A DNA stretch of 64,000 bases, from positions 24,620-88,619 of the forward strand of contig JAZRUV010000008.1 in the NCBI GenBank assembly GCA_045652705.1. Direction: 5' to 3'. Source of the DNA: Clostridia bacterium. Its GTDB lineage: Bacteria > Bacillota > Clostridia > TANB77 > CAG-465. The notes under the pieces were generated by a model. That model was not told the DNA's origin, did no database searches, and saw only the letters and a list, made by a program, of their open reading frames with translations. The position numbers were made by a program, and so were the translations under genes. This document shows, piece by piece, positions 35,982-44,762 of this stretch (position 1 is its first letter; the number at the start of each line of letters is the position of its first letter).

Positions 35982-36356
35982 TTGAACAAAGCTGTACTTA
36001 TAGAAGAATTGGACCGTGTTGGTGTTATCGTGACTTCGTATGAATTTACTGCGTCAGGATATGTACTGGAGCTCAAACTGGATTGGAGAAAAGCCACTGG
36101 CTGGGAAGAACTTGAACACCTGCCAATTGTGGGAATAGAACTGGCTAAGATTAGATATACAGGTGCGTATACACGGAAAGTGCTGTTCGTTCCTAGCAAC
36201 AGCAAAGAATTTAAAGACTACGTTAACAAGCATATAAAATATTTTGGATTGGGAAAGCAGAAAGCGCTTAGCGATTTGCAAGAAACGGTTGAAAAGTTCG
36301 GTAAGAAATATACAAAAGTAGAGCTTTCTAATTATATTAAAAGGGTTGGAAAGTAA
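35982..36356 (+). CDS. Hypothetical protein (124 aa), GC-richer orphan
   Basis: TTG start at 35982, 8 nt after AAAGGAG; the track start at 35964 overlaps that RBS. No motif recognised. Confidence 0.5.
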   Translation: MNKAVLIEELDRVGVIVTSYEFTASGYVLELKLDWRKATGWEELEHLPIVGIELAKIRYTGAYTRKVLFVPSNSKEFKDYVNKHIKYFGLGKQKALSDLQETVEKFGKKYTKVELSNYIKRVGK

Positions 36357-36457
36357 CAGATTTAACAAAAATGTAATATATGTGGGTACAAAATTTGTGC
36401 CCATATATTTTTTGCTAATTTTTTTGCTACAAATTCACATAAATTTGTAGCAAAACG

Positions 36458-36486
36458 TTGACTTTGCAGCTCAAATACGTTATAAT
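36458..36486 (+). promoter_or_regulatory. Promoter re-initiating infA-rpmJ-rpsM-rpsK-rpsD-rpoA-rplQ
   Basis: TTGACT (36458-36463), 17 nt, TATAAT (36481-36486). A perfect 12-bp hairpin ttgctacaaatt/aaatttgtagcaa lies just upstream. Confidence 0.6.
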
Positions 36487-36559
36487 TTACTTGTTAAGTT
36501 ATGCAAACTGGAGAAGTTTGCTAAATTAATGTTAAAACTCTAGAAAATAGGAGGAAAAT

Positions 36560-36778
36560 ATGGCAAAAGATGACGTTATAGAAGTTGAAGGAACAGTAGT
36601 AGAATCAATGCCTAATGCAGTATTTAAAGTTGAACTAGAAAACGGACATGTAGTAACAGCACATATTTCTGGAAAACTTAGAATGCATTATATTAAAATT
36701 TTACCAGGAGATAAAGTAAAATTAGAGCTTTCTACATACGACCTTACAAAAGGCAGAATAGTATGGAGAGACAAATAA
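36560..36778 (+). CDS. infA: Translation initiation factor IF-1
   Basis: [30 protein letters not shown]...[16 protein letters not shown]. 72 aa. Confidence 0.98.
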   Translation: MAKDDVIEVEGTVVESMPNAVFKVELENGHVVTAHISGKLRMHYIKILPGDKVKLELSTYDLTKGRIVWRDK

Positions 36779-36892
36779 TTTAATGTTGGTATAATCAAAC
36801 GCTAGAGCGGCTGTATGAGTAGGGTGTACAACTCATATATTTAGTGTTTGTTATATATATACACAGATAGTGGTTTAAGGAGGAAATACAAA

Positions 36893-37006
36893 ATGAAAGT
36901 AAGACCATCTGTAAAGAAAATTTGCGAAAAGTGCAAAGTAATCAGAAGAAATGGTGTGGTTAGAGTTATATGCGAAAACCCTAAACACAAACAAAGACAA
37001 GGTTAG
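36893..37006 (+). CDS. rpmJ: 50S ribosomal protein L36 (not in ORF track)
   Basis: Hand translation [47 protein letters not shown]. Confidence 0.97.
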   Translation: MKVRPSVKKICEKCKVIRRNGVVRVICENPKHKQRQG

Positions 37007-37018
37007 GAGGAGCTTAAA

Positions 37019-37390
37019 ATGGCACGTATAGCAGGAGTAGATTTACCTAAAAATAAAGTTGTTGAAATTGGTTTAACAGCAATATATGGTATAGGTAGAA
37101 CATCAGCAAAAAAAATAATGGCTGAAGCAAATATCGATTCTTCAAAAAGAATTAAAGATTTAACTGAAGAAGAAGAAGCTAAAATAAGAGAGATAATCGA
37201 AAGAGATTATCTTGTAGAAGGAGACCTTAAGAGAGAAGTTTCTTTAAATATTAAGAGACTTATGGAAATTGGTTGCTACAGAGGAATCAGACACAAAAGA
37301 AAACTTCCAGTAAGAGGTCAAAGAACTAAAACAAATGCAAGAACAAGAAAAGGCCCTAGAAAAGTAGTGGCTAATAAGAAAGGAGTATAA
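37019..37390 (+). CDS. rpsM: 30S ribosomal protein S13
   Basis: [13 protein letters not shown]...[10 protein letters not shown]...[23 protein letters not shown]. Confidence 0.98.
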   Translation: MARIAGVDLPKNKVVEIGLTAIYGIGRTSAKKIMAEANIDSSKRIKDLTEEEEAKIREIIERDYLVEGDLKREVSLNIKRLMEIGCYRGIRHKRKLPVRGQRTKTNARTRKGPRKVVANKKGV

Positions 37391-37393
37391 GAC

Positions 37394-37786
37394 ATGGCAC
37401 CAGCAAAGAAAAAAACAACTAAAAGAAAAGTTAAGAAGAACGTTGCAAGTGGTGTTGCACACATCCATTCATCATTCAACAATACTATCGTTAGCATGAC
37501 TGATGAACAAGGTAACTTATTATCTTGGTCAAGTGCAGGTTCGCTTGGATTTAAAGGTTCTAGAAAAAATACTCCATTTGCAGCAAGTGAAGCAGCAACA
37601 GTTGCAGCTACTGCAGCAAAAGAACATGGTTTAAGAAAAGTATCAGTAAATATTAAGGGGCCTGGAGCTGGACGTGAAGCAGCAATTCGTGCGCTTCAAA
37701 CAGCAGGATTGGAAATAGATACAATTAAAGACGTAACTCCAATACCTCACAATGGTTGCAGACCACCTAAGAGAAGAAGAGTTTAG
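37394..37786 (+). CDS. rpsK: 30S ribosomal protein S11
   Basis: [20 protein letters not shown]...[14 protein letters not shown]...[18 protein letters not shown]. Confidence 0.98.
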   Translation: MAPAKKKTTKRKVKKNVASGVAHIHSSFNNTIVSMTDEQGNLLSWSSAGSLGFKGSRKNTPFAASEAATVAATAAKEHGLRKVSVNIKGPGAGREAAIRALQTAGLEIDTIKDVTPIPHNGCRPPKRRRV

Positions 37787-37801
37787 TGGGGGTGAAGAAA
37801 A

Positions 37802-38431
37802 GTGGCAAGATATACAGGAGCAAGTTGTAAGAGATGCAGACGCGAAGGACAAAAATTGTTCTTAAAAGGAGCAAGATGTAACACAGGTAAATGTGCTATA
37901 GAAAGAAGAAATTATGCACCAGGACAACACGGAAAAAACAAAGTGAAATTATCTGAATATGGTTTACAACTTCGTGCTAAACAAAAAGCTAAAGTTTACT
38001 ATGGAGTAAGTGAATCACAATTCGTTAAATATTATGAAGAAGCATTTAGAAGAGAAGGAGTTACTTCAGACATTCTATTTGGATTACTTGAAACAAGACT
38101 AGATAACGTATGCTACAGAATGGGTATAGGAACATCTAGACGTGAAAGCCGTCAATTAGTTGGATATGAAATGATTACTGTAAATGGTAAAAAAGTAAAT
38201 ATCCCATCTTACCAAGTTAGAGTTGGTGATGTTATAGCTATAAGAGCAGACAAAAAAGATAATAGTACAATGAAAATTATGGCTGAAAATGTTAAAGCTA
38301 AAAATATAGTTCCATGGTTAGAAATGGACAAAGAAAAATTAGAAGCTAAAGTATTAAGAATACCAGCAAGAGCTGACGTAGATCTTGAAGTAGCTGAGAA
38401 CCTAATTATTGAGTTATACTCTAAGAACTAG
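37802..38431 (+). CDS. rpsD: 30S ribosomal protein S4
   Basis: MARYTGASCKRCRREGQKLFLKG.RC...YGLQLRAKQK. S4 RNA-binding domain. GTG start. Confidence 0.97.
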   Translation: MARYTGASCKRCRREGQKLFLKGARCNTGKCAIERRNYAPGQHGKNKVKLSEYGLQLRAKQKAKVYYGVSESQFVKYYEEAFRREGVTSDILFGLLETRLDNVCYRMGIGTSRRESRQLVGYEMITVNGKKVNIPSYQVRVGDVIAIRADKKDNSTMKIMAENVKAKNIVPWLEMDKEKLEAKVLRIPARADVDLEVAENLIIELYSKN

Positions 38432-38504
38432 TAAATAGATAAATTTTTAAAACTAACAAAATTATGTGTACGTGTAATCAGAGCGTACAGATAGGAGGAT
38501 TAAT

Positions 38505-39464
38505 ATGTTAGAAATGAAAAGACCAGAGATAAATTGTGTTGAAATAGATGTAGACACATATTATGCTAAGTTCGTTGTAGAACCACTTGAAAGGGGATTT
38601 GGAATTACCTTAGGTAATTCACTAAGAAGAATACTTCTTTCATCACTTCCAGGATATGCAATAAATACTTTGAAAATAGACAAAGTAGCACATGAATTTT
38701 CAACAATTCCAGGTGTATCTGAAGATGTTACAAATATAATTCTTAATTTAAAAGAAGTATGTTTAAAAGCTCTAAATCCTGAAGATACTGATGTTAAAAC
38801 ATTAAAAATATCTAAAAAAGGAGCTGGCGAAGTAACAGCAGCAGATATAGTTACTGATGGAACACTTGAAGTTATAAACCCAGATTTACATATAGCATAC
38901 CTTGATGATGATGGCGAACTTGAAGTAGAGATGACTGCAATAAAAGGTAGAGGATATATTTCTGGAGACAAAAATAGAGATGAAAACGGTGGAGCAATAA
39001 ACACTTTACCAATAGATTCTTTATTTACTCCAGTTAGAAAAGCAAACTTCATAGTAGATAAAACAAGAGTTGGTCAAGAAATAGATTTCGATAAACTTAC
39101 ACTTGAAATTTGGACTAATGGAGTTATAGAGCCATATGAAGCATTATCTATGGCTGCAAGAATACTAAATGAACATTTAGAGTTGTTTATAGACTTATCT
39201 GACATTGCTAAAAACATGTCAATAATGTCTCAAAAAGAATTATCTGAAAAAGATAAAATGCTTGAAACTCCAATTGAAGATTTAGAATTCTCAGTAAGAT
39301 CATACAACTGCTTAAAGAGAGCAGGAATACATACTGTTGCAGATATATTATCTAGAACAGAACATGATATGATGAAGGTTAGAAACCTTGGTAAGAAATC
39401 TTTAGATGAAGTAGTAGCAAAAGTTGCTTCTCTAGGATTATCTTTCAAAAAACCAGAAGAATAA
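38505..39464 (+). CDS. rpoA: DNA-directed RNA polymerase subunit alpha
   Basis: FVVEPLERGFGITLGNSLRRILLSSLPG. C-terminal IEDLEFSVRSYNCLKRAGI (alpha-CTD helix-hairpin-helix). Confidence 0.98.
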   Translation: MLEMKRPEINCVEIDVDTYYAKFVVEPLERGFGITLGNSLRRILLSSLPGYAINTLKIDKVAHEFSTIPGVSEDVTNIILNLKEVCLKALNPEDTDVKTLKISKKGAGEVTAADIVTDGTLEVINPDLHIAYLDDDGELEVEMTAIKGRGYISGDKNRDENGGAINTLPIDSLFTPVRKANFIVDKTRVGQEIDFDKLTLEIWTNGVIEPYEALSMAARILNEHLELFIDLSDIAKNMSIMSQKELSEKDKMLETPIEDLEFSVRSYNCLKRAGIHTVADILSRTEHDMMKVRNLGKKSLDEVVAKVASLGLSFKKPEE

Positions 39465-39482
39465 TAGTAGGAGGAAAATAAA

Positions 39483-40007
39483 ATGCCAGGAACAAATAGA
39501 CTATCAAGAACAAAAGGAGCTAGGGATGCACTATTAAAAGGGCTAGTTACACAACTAATACAAAATGGTAAAGTTGAAACTACTCTTGCTAAAGCTAAGG
39601 AAGTTAAACCATTAGCAGATAGCATAATTAGTCTTGCAATTAAAGAGGCACCTAATTTTGAATCAAAGGAAAAAACAGTATCTAGAGCAAAATTAGATAA
39701 AAACGGTAAAAAAGTTAAAGTAGAAAAAACTTCTAAAAACGGTAAAAAATATCAAGTAGTAGATAGAGAAATCGTAAAAGCCACTGTTAAAGTAGACAAA
39801 CCATCTAAACTAGCTGCTAGAAGAAAAATGTTTAAATTAATAAACAAAATCCACGATTCAAAAGGAAATACTATAGATTTAACAGACAAATTGTTTGATG
39901 AAATCGCTCCTAAATACGAAGCAGGTAAAGGTGGTTATACAAGAATCACTAAACTTGTTGCTAGACGTGGCGATGCAGCTGAAATGGCTATAATCGAATT
40001 AATATAA
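39483..40007 (+). CDS. rplQ: 50S ribosomal protein L17 (with a ~50-aa K-rich internal insertion)
   Basis: The ends match L17 ([21 protein letters not shown]...ETTLAKAKE and [25 protein letters not shown]). 174 aa against ~115-125 aa typical. Confidence 0.93.
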   Translation: MPGTNRLSRTKGARDALLKGLVTQLIQNGKVETTLAKAKEVKPLADSIISLAIKEAPNFESKEKTVSRAKLDKNGKKVKVEKTSKNGKKYQVVDREIVKATVKVDKPSKLAARRKMFKLINKIHDSKGNTIDLTDKLFDEIAPKYEAGKGGYTRITKLVARRGDAAEMAIIELI

Positions 40008-40020
40008 TAAGTACACAGAG

Positions 40021-40048
40021 ACGGGTTACATTATGTAGCCTGTTTTTC
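40021..40048 (+). terminator. Terminator of the alpha operon
   Basis: gggttaca / tgtagcct stem (two G.U pairs), followed by gtttttctt. Confidence 0.55.
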
Positions 40049-40124
40049 TTGCAATTGCAGGATATCTGTGATATAATACGGAAGAAATAAACTAAACCTA
40101 AAAATAATTATTGGAGGGAAATGT

Positions 40125-40604
40125 ATGATTGTTCTAATTCTTGGTTGTGTGCCCTTGCTGTTGGCATTTAGTTGGCATTGGATAGCGGGAGTTGTAGTAA
40201 GCGCAATATGTCTTTTGTTGCTTTTGCTTCCTATAGAAGGTTTTGAAGAAACAGAAAAAGACGACATTGAACTTATAAGATTAAAGAGAGGCAAAAATGA
40301 TCACACCTATTATATTGAGATAATTGGTAAAAACAAGGTTATCTTCGCTTATGATAATAGCGATATGTATGATTTAAATGGCGGAGCCTATGAAGAAGAT
40401 TTTAGAAAAGGTAAGATTAAAGTATATGAATCAAGCGAGTGTGAAGAACCTATTTTAAGAAGCTATACAACTAGACCTTCAAGAGAGTTCTTTACATTTG
40501 CACCGTTTTCTACCAAAAGAGAGTATGTTTTTTATGTGCCTGAAGGAACAGTTATTAATTATCAATACAAACGTTTTGAAACAAATCATGAAGAGGTAGT
40601 ATGA
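40125..40604 (+). CDS. Membrane-anchored hypothetical protein, paralog 1 (159 aa)
   Basis: Two N-terminal hydrophobic helices, then YYIE...FAYDNSDMYDLNGGAYEED...KVYESSECEEPIL...EYVFYVP. TGTGATATAAT -10 at 40067-40077. GGAGGG RBS. Confidence 0.6.
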   Translation: MIVLILGCVPLLLAFSWHWIAGVVVSAICLLLLLLPIEGFEETEKDDIELIRLKRGKNDHTYYIEIIGKNKVIFAYDNSDMYDLNGGAYEEDFRKGKIKVYESSECEEPILRSYTTRPSREFFTFAPFSTKREYVFYVPEGTVINYQYKRFETNHEEVV

Positions 40605-40645
40605 ACTATTTTAAAATGCATAACAAGTATTAGGAGGAATGATTT

Positions 40646-41125
40646 GTGATTACTATACTAATAGGAATTATTTTAATTGTTTATCTAATAAAGAATGCTC
40701 ATAAATTAGATGAAGTACTAATTGCTTTGGGGTGTGTTGTCTCAATAGTAATTATAATTTGCGGTATCCTTGTTCCTATGGCTGGATATACCGAACCTAT
40801 GGTAGAGACTATAGAGCTTATGCCACTTAGATTAGAGCAAGCAACAGATAAAGTATATTACATTAAGGAAAAGGATAACTATTACTATTATGCCTATGAT
40901 AATAGTGAAGAGTATGGTTTGGCAGGAGGAGCATATGAGGAAAGCAGTGTATATAAAGGGTCGACTGTAAAATTGTACGAATCGGAAGAGTGTGTTACAC
41001 CTCTGCTGAAAGTGTTCAAGACCAAATCTAAAGTTTCTTGGTATACGTTTGCAGGTATGTGGGAAGAGGAAGAATATGTATTTTATATTCCTTTAGCCAC
41101 AAAACATGTAGTCGAAGAAGAGTAG
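40646..41125 (+). CDS. Membrane-anchored hypothetical protein, paralog 2 (159 aa)
   Basis: Same architecture and length as paralog 1: YYIKE...YAYDNSEEYGLAGGAYEES...KLYESEECVTPLL...EYVFYIP. GTG start after AGGAGG. Confidence 0.6.
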   Translation: MITILIGIILIVYLIKNAHKLDEVLIALGCVVSIVIIICGILVPMAGYTEPMVETIELMPLRLEQATDKVYYIKEKDNYYYYAYDNSEEYGLAGGAYEESSVYKGSTVKLYESEECVTPLLKVFKTKSKVSWYTFAGMWEEEEYVFYIPLATKHVVEEE

Positions 41126-41157
41126 ATGTGTGCTAAATATAGCACACATCTATTTTT
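41123..41157 (+). terminator. Rho-independent terminator
   Basis: Perfect 12-bp stem tagatgtgtgct / agcacacatcta with loop aaatat, followed by ttttt. Confidence 0.85.
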
Positions 41158-41190
41158 ATGTATTTAACCTTCACAAATGTTTACATAAAT

Positions 41191-41219
41191 TTGACATCTG
41201 CACAAAAATATGGTATAAT
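41191..41219 (+). promoter_or_regulatory. Consensus sigma-A promoter with no downstream ORF
   Basis: TTGACA (41191-41196), 17 nt, TATAAT (41214-41219) with a TGg extended -10. Confidence 0.6.
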
Positions 41220-41225
41220 TTAAAT

Positions 41226-41570
41226 GTGCAAAACATTGAATAAGTAATAACTATTACAAAAAGATATAGTCAGATAGTCTAAATGACTAATGTTATATAA
41301 ATGCCAAATTGAAAAATAGAGTGTTTCATCGAAAGATATAATATATACGTTAGTATTGATGTACTAAATAAGCATAATATATCATATCCAAGTAAGGATA
41401 AACGTAGCTGGTTTTACACAGTTTATGCTAGTTTAAACTGGCACCGCATCCTAGATAGTTAAGCTATCTGGATTGGCGTTGTAGATGTGATCAGAGGCTC
41501 GTCTACACAGCTATAGTAATATATCCGAAACAACTCGCGTAAGCATATGAAATCAATAATAAATATAAAA
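41226..41570 (+). ncRNA. Candidate non-coding transcript (~350 nt), identity unknown
   Basis: It lies between a consensus promoter and a terminator. Only ORFs of 7 codons or fewer begin at its ATGs. Local hairpins include ctagatag/ctatctgg and tgtaga/tctaca. Confidence 0.25.
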
Positions 41571-41597
41571 ATACAACCTTTGACTCTAAGGTTGTAT
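41571..41597. terminator. Bidirectional terminator (candidate ncRNA / tmcAL)
   Basis: atacaacctt / aaggttgtat perfect 10-bp stem with T-rich flanks on both strands. The tmcAL stop codon lies in the loop. Confidence 0.7.
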
Positions 41598-42788
41598 TAT
41601 TTTATTTGTATAATCTAAATTACTTTCATTAAATAAATTATGTGCAAGTATATCTAGTTTAAGACTTTCAGAGATGTTTTTGTCTAAGCTCTCAATAAGG
41701 TCGTCGGTTATTTTAGATATAATAGTATTGCAAGCTTTTTTAGATATTTCGGACAGAAGATTTGAAGAGCCTCTTTTTACTTTTAATATTCTTGCGTAGT
41801 TAACATTTTTTAGATTGATCATTTTTTCCTTTGTAATTCCCAAAAGAATGTATACACAAATCCTTTTTATTTTGCTTAATGTATAACGTTTGCTTTTTAT
41901 ACTGAAAATATATTCGTTATAACTTTGGCAATTTAAAGCTTGTTTGTATAGTTTGTTTTCTAAACCTTCCGTGACCTCATAAATATCTTTAAGGCCAAAA
42001 GTATTTAATCTAATTATTTCATACTTTAAAATATCCCATAGATTTTCTGTTGTATTATAGTCATTATTAGATAGATAATTAAGAGTGTTGTTTGGAACAA
42101 CATTACCTATTTTTTTAAATTTATAATCATTAGACATGTTAGTATCTGAAAGGACATTTCTAATGCTTGTAGAACTTGCAAATTCGCTAGCATTTGAAAT
42201 TTTTGTATCTAAATGGCTAGAGGCTTGCCTGTGAACTAAAACTGGCTCAATTTGGCTCTTAAGAGAAGTTAAAGCCTTCAAATATTCTATGGCTAAAATG
42301 TTGTTAGGAAGCATTAAATCTGCCGGAACATCTCCTAAAAACTTATATAGAGAACTTGTATATGCATCCCCACTATTAATTCCTTGTTTTGTATATTTTT
42401 TAATATTTTGTATTATTTCATCTTTGTTATTAAGATAAACATTTGCAACTTTTTTTAGTAAATTTATATCTTGAGTTTCAGACCCAAATACTAGATGAGT
42501 AACAACTCCCAAACTATTTAAAATATTTACTGCACCAAATGCAAAGTTTTCTGCACTTGAGGTTGCATATACAATTGGTAATTCTATAACCATATCTGCG
42601 CCGTTTTCTATTGCAATAGTAGCTCTATCAAATTTATTAATGCAAGCAATATTTCCTTGTTCTGTAAAACTACCAGACATTATTACTATAACATAATCTG
42701 CATTTGTAAGTTCGCGAGCACGCTTAATGTTATATATATGTCCGTTATGCATTGGGTTATATTCTGCAATTATACCAACAACATTCAT
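41586..42788 (-). CDS. tmcAL: tRNA(Met) cytidine acetate ligase (YlbM/UPF0348 family)
   Basis: MNVVGIIAEYNPMHNGHIYNIKRARELTNADYVIVIMSGSFTEQG closely parallels the B. subtilis YlbM N-terminus (EYNPFHNGH...MSG.F.QRG). 400 aa. Confidence 0.85.
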   Translation of the reverse strand: MNVVGIIAEYNPMHNGHIYNIKRARELTNADYVIVIMSGSFTEQGNIACINKFDRATIAIENGADMVIELPIVYATSSAENFAFGAVNILNSLGVVTHLVFGSETQDINLLKKVANVYLNNKDEIIQNIKKYTKQGINSGDAYTSSLYKFLGDVPADLMLPNNILAIEYLKALTSLKSQIEPVLVHRQASSHLDTKISNASEFASSTSIRNVLSDTNMSNDYKFKKIGNVVPNNTLNYLSNNDYNTTENLWDILKYEIIRLNTFGLKDIYEVTEGLENKLYKQALNCQSYNEYIFSIKSKRYTLSKIKRICVYILLGITKEKMINLKNVNYARILKVKRGSSNLLSEISKKACNTIISKITDDLIESLDKNISESLKLDILAHNLFNESNLDYTNKIIQP

Positions 42789-42865
42789 ACTTTACTCCTT
42801 TACAATTTTTTTTACTTATTATATAATACCATAAAATACGGTGTTTAGCAATAAAGGAGAATATT

Positions 42866-43921
42866 ATGGAAAAGACAAAAGTAACAATTTATACAGATGG
42901 AGCTTGTAGTGGTAATCCTGGCCCTGGTGGCTATGCAGCAATAATAATGGCAGATGGAAATAAAAAAGAAATATATGGAGCTGAGAAAGACACTACAAAT
43001 AACAAAATGGAGTTAATGGCCGCAATAGAAGGATTAAAAGCTTTGAAGAGACCTTGTGAGGTAACACTTTATTCAGATAGTGCTTATCTTGTAAATGCAT
43101 ATAACAACGGTTGGATATATGGTTGGAAGAAAAATGGTTGGAAGACTTCTAGTAAAGAACCAGTAAAAAATATAGACTTATGGCAGGAAATAGAAGCGTT
43201 AAGGCAAATTCATACAATTACATTTGTAAAAGTAAAAGGCCATGCAGATAACGAATATAACAATAGATGCGATGAATTAGCGGTAGCAGCAATACAAAAA
43301 CTTCAAAATGGTGAGTTGGATACAAATTCAAATATCAATGAGCAAGAACAAACTAATATTCAAAGAGTGTTTGGAGGTTTACCAACATTTGAGACAGAAA
43401 GATTAAAAATACGTCTATTTAATGAAAATGATGTAGATGATTTATATGAATATTGTTCGGATGATGAAGTAACAAAATATTTAATATTTCCAACATATAG
43501 GTCGAGACAAGATGCTATAGATAGAATAAATTATTGTAAAGAAGGATATGAAAGACTTGAAGCGCCAATACTTTGGGCTATTGAATATAAAGAGGACGAA
43601 AAACTTATTGGCGGTATAGATTTCGTAAAATGGGATGAAGCAAATAATAAAGCGGAGATAGGGTATTTACTTAGTAGAAAGTATTGGAATAAAGGAATTA
43701 TGACGGAAGCTTTAGCTGCTATTATAGAATTTGGCTTTGAAAAAATGGGACTTAACAGAATTGAAATTTGTTGCGATGAAAGAAATATTGGTTCTGCCAG
43801 AGTAATGGAAAAGAATGGGTTGAAGTATGAAGGGACACTAAGACAAGAGAGATTTCAAAAAGGTGAATACGTAAATGTAAAATACTATTCTATTCTTAAA
43901 GACGAGTATAAAAACAGATAA
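42866..43921 (+). CDS. rnhA: RNase HI fused to a GNAT (RimJ/RimL-like) N-acetyltransferase
   Basis: N-terminal VTIYTDGACSGNPGPGGYAAII...NNKMELMA...YSDS...KGHADNEYNNRCDELA carries the RNase H DEDD residues. From about aa 175, FETERLKIRLFNENDVDDLYEY...NKGIMTEAL..IIEFGF...RIEICCDERNIGSARVMEKNG is a GNAT core. Confidence 0.8.
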   Translation: MEKTKVTIYTDGACSGNPGPGGYAAIIMADGNKKEIYGAEKDTTNNKMELMAAIEGLKALKRPCEVTLYSDSAYLVNAYNNGWIYGWKKNGWKTSSKEPVKNIDLWQEIEALRQIHTITFVKVKGHADNEYNNRCDELAVAAIQKLQNGELDTNSNINEQEQTNIQRVFGGLPTFETERLKIRLFNENDVDDLYEYCSDDEVTKYLIFPTYRSRQDAIDRINYCKEGYERLEAPILWAIEYKEDEKLIGGIDFVKWDEANNKAEIGYLLSRKYWNKGIMTEALAAIIEFGFEKMGLNRIEICCDERNIGSARVMEKNGLKYEGTLRQERFQKGEYVNVKYYSILKDEYKNR

Positions 43922-43958
43922 AACATAAATTGCTTAGAATGTACATAATATGTTCTAG

Positions 43959-44576
43959 GTGATTTTTATGCTAAAGAAGTGGATTAAAGAGTATATTACT
44001 ATAAATAAAAGGGATATATTGATAGTAGTAGGATTACTTCTTTTGGGGGTTGTCATAGGAATAGGAGTATATGTATTTTCTTCTGAAGAAGTAAAGCAAA
44101 TAGTAATAACAAGTGTTAGACAAGTTTTAGATATTTCTAAAAAGGATACGTATGTAAAAACAAATATAATTAAAAATGGAATAAAAACAAATTTAATAAC
44201 AATATGTTTATTAGCTACACTTTCAGTAATGCTTTTTGGGAAATATGTAATATACTGTTTAACGATTTTAAAGGGTGCTGCGATAGCTGTATATACTCTG
44301 GTCATATTCAATATTTTTGGGGCATTATGGGGTATAGTTGTTACACTTCTTTTAGTAATACTCATAAACATATTATATATACCGGCCTTTATATATCTAG
44401 TAATAAGTTTTTTGGAACTAAACTTTAATATATTTAAGGTAAAGTTAAATGCAAATGGATATGGAGTATATAAATTATTGTTAGCCATTTTTATTTGCTC
44501 AATATTAATGTTTTCGAGTGTAATAGTAGAACAAATTGCCGGTAATGTGGTGCTAAATATATATAGTAAAATGTGA
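43959..44576 (+). CDS. spoIIM: Stage II sporulation protein M
   Basis: ~200-aa polytopic protein. The N-terminus KKWIKEYITINKRDILIVVGLLLLGVVIGI is typical of SpoIIM, and xerD is the expected neighbour. The start is ambiguous (GTG 43959 or ATG 43968). Confidence 0.7.
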   Translation: MIFMLKKWIKEYITINKRDILIVVGLLLLGVVIGIGVYVFSSEEVKQIVITSVRQVLDISKKDTYVKTNIIKNGIKTNLITICLLATLSVMLFGKYVIYCLTILKGAAIAVYTLVIFNIFGALWGIVVTLLLVILINILYIPAFIYLVISFLELNFNIFKVKLNANGYGVYKLLLAIFICSILMFSSVIVEQIAGNVVLNIYSKM

Positions 44577-44762
44577 CTTGATAATTAAATAAAAACATAT
44601 TATATTATTTTTAAGTATGTGTTTTATACCTTTCTTTCTCTCGGTAATAAAAATGCATAATGATTACATAAAAAAATGAAAAAAGACTTGCAAATCTGTT
44701 AAAAGTAGTGTAAAATAGTAGCAGTTAAAAAATTATGTAATACACATTTACGGGGGTATGAG

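Noticed and set aside
41226-41570. Possible RNase P RNA, tmRNA, SRP RNA, 6S RNA or T-box in the promoter-to-terminator noncoding stretch
   Set aside because: None of the hallmark strings is present: GAGGAAAGTCC for RNase P, a tRNA-like GGTTCGA...CCACCA end for tmRNA, or the SRP domain IV motif. The T-box-like GGCACCGC has no stem I or specifier context and no downstream gene. It is kept only as an unidentified ncRNA candidate.
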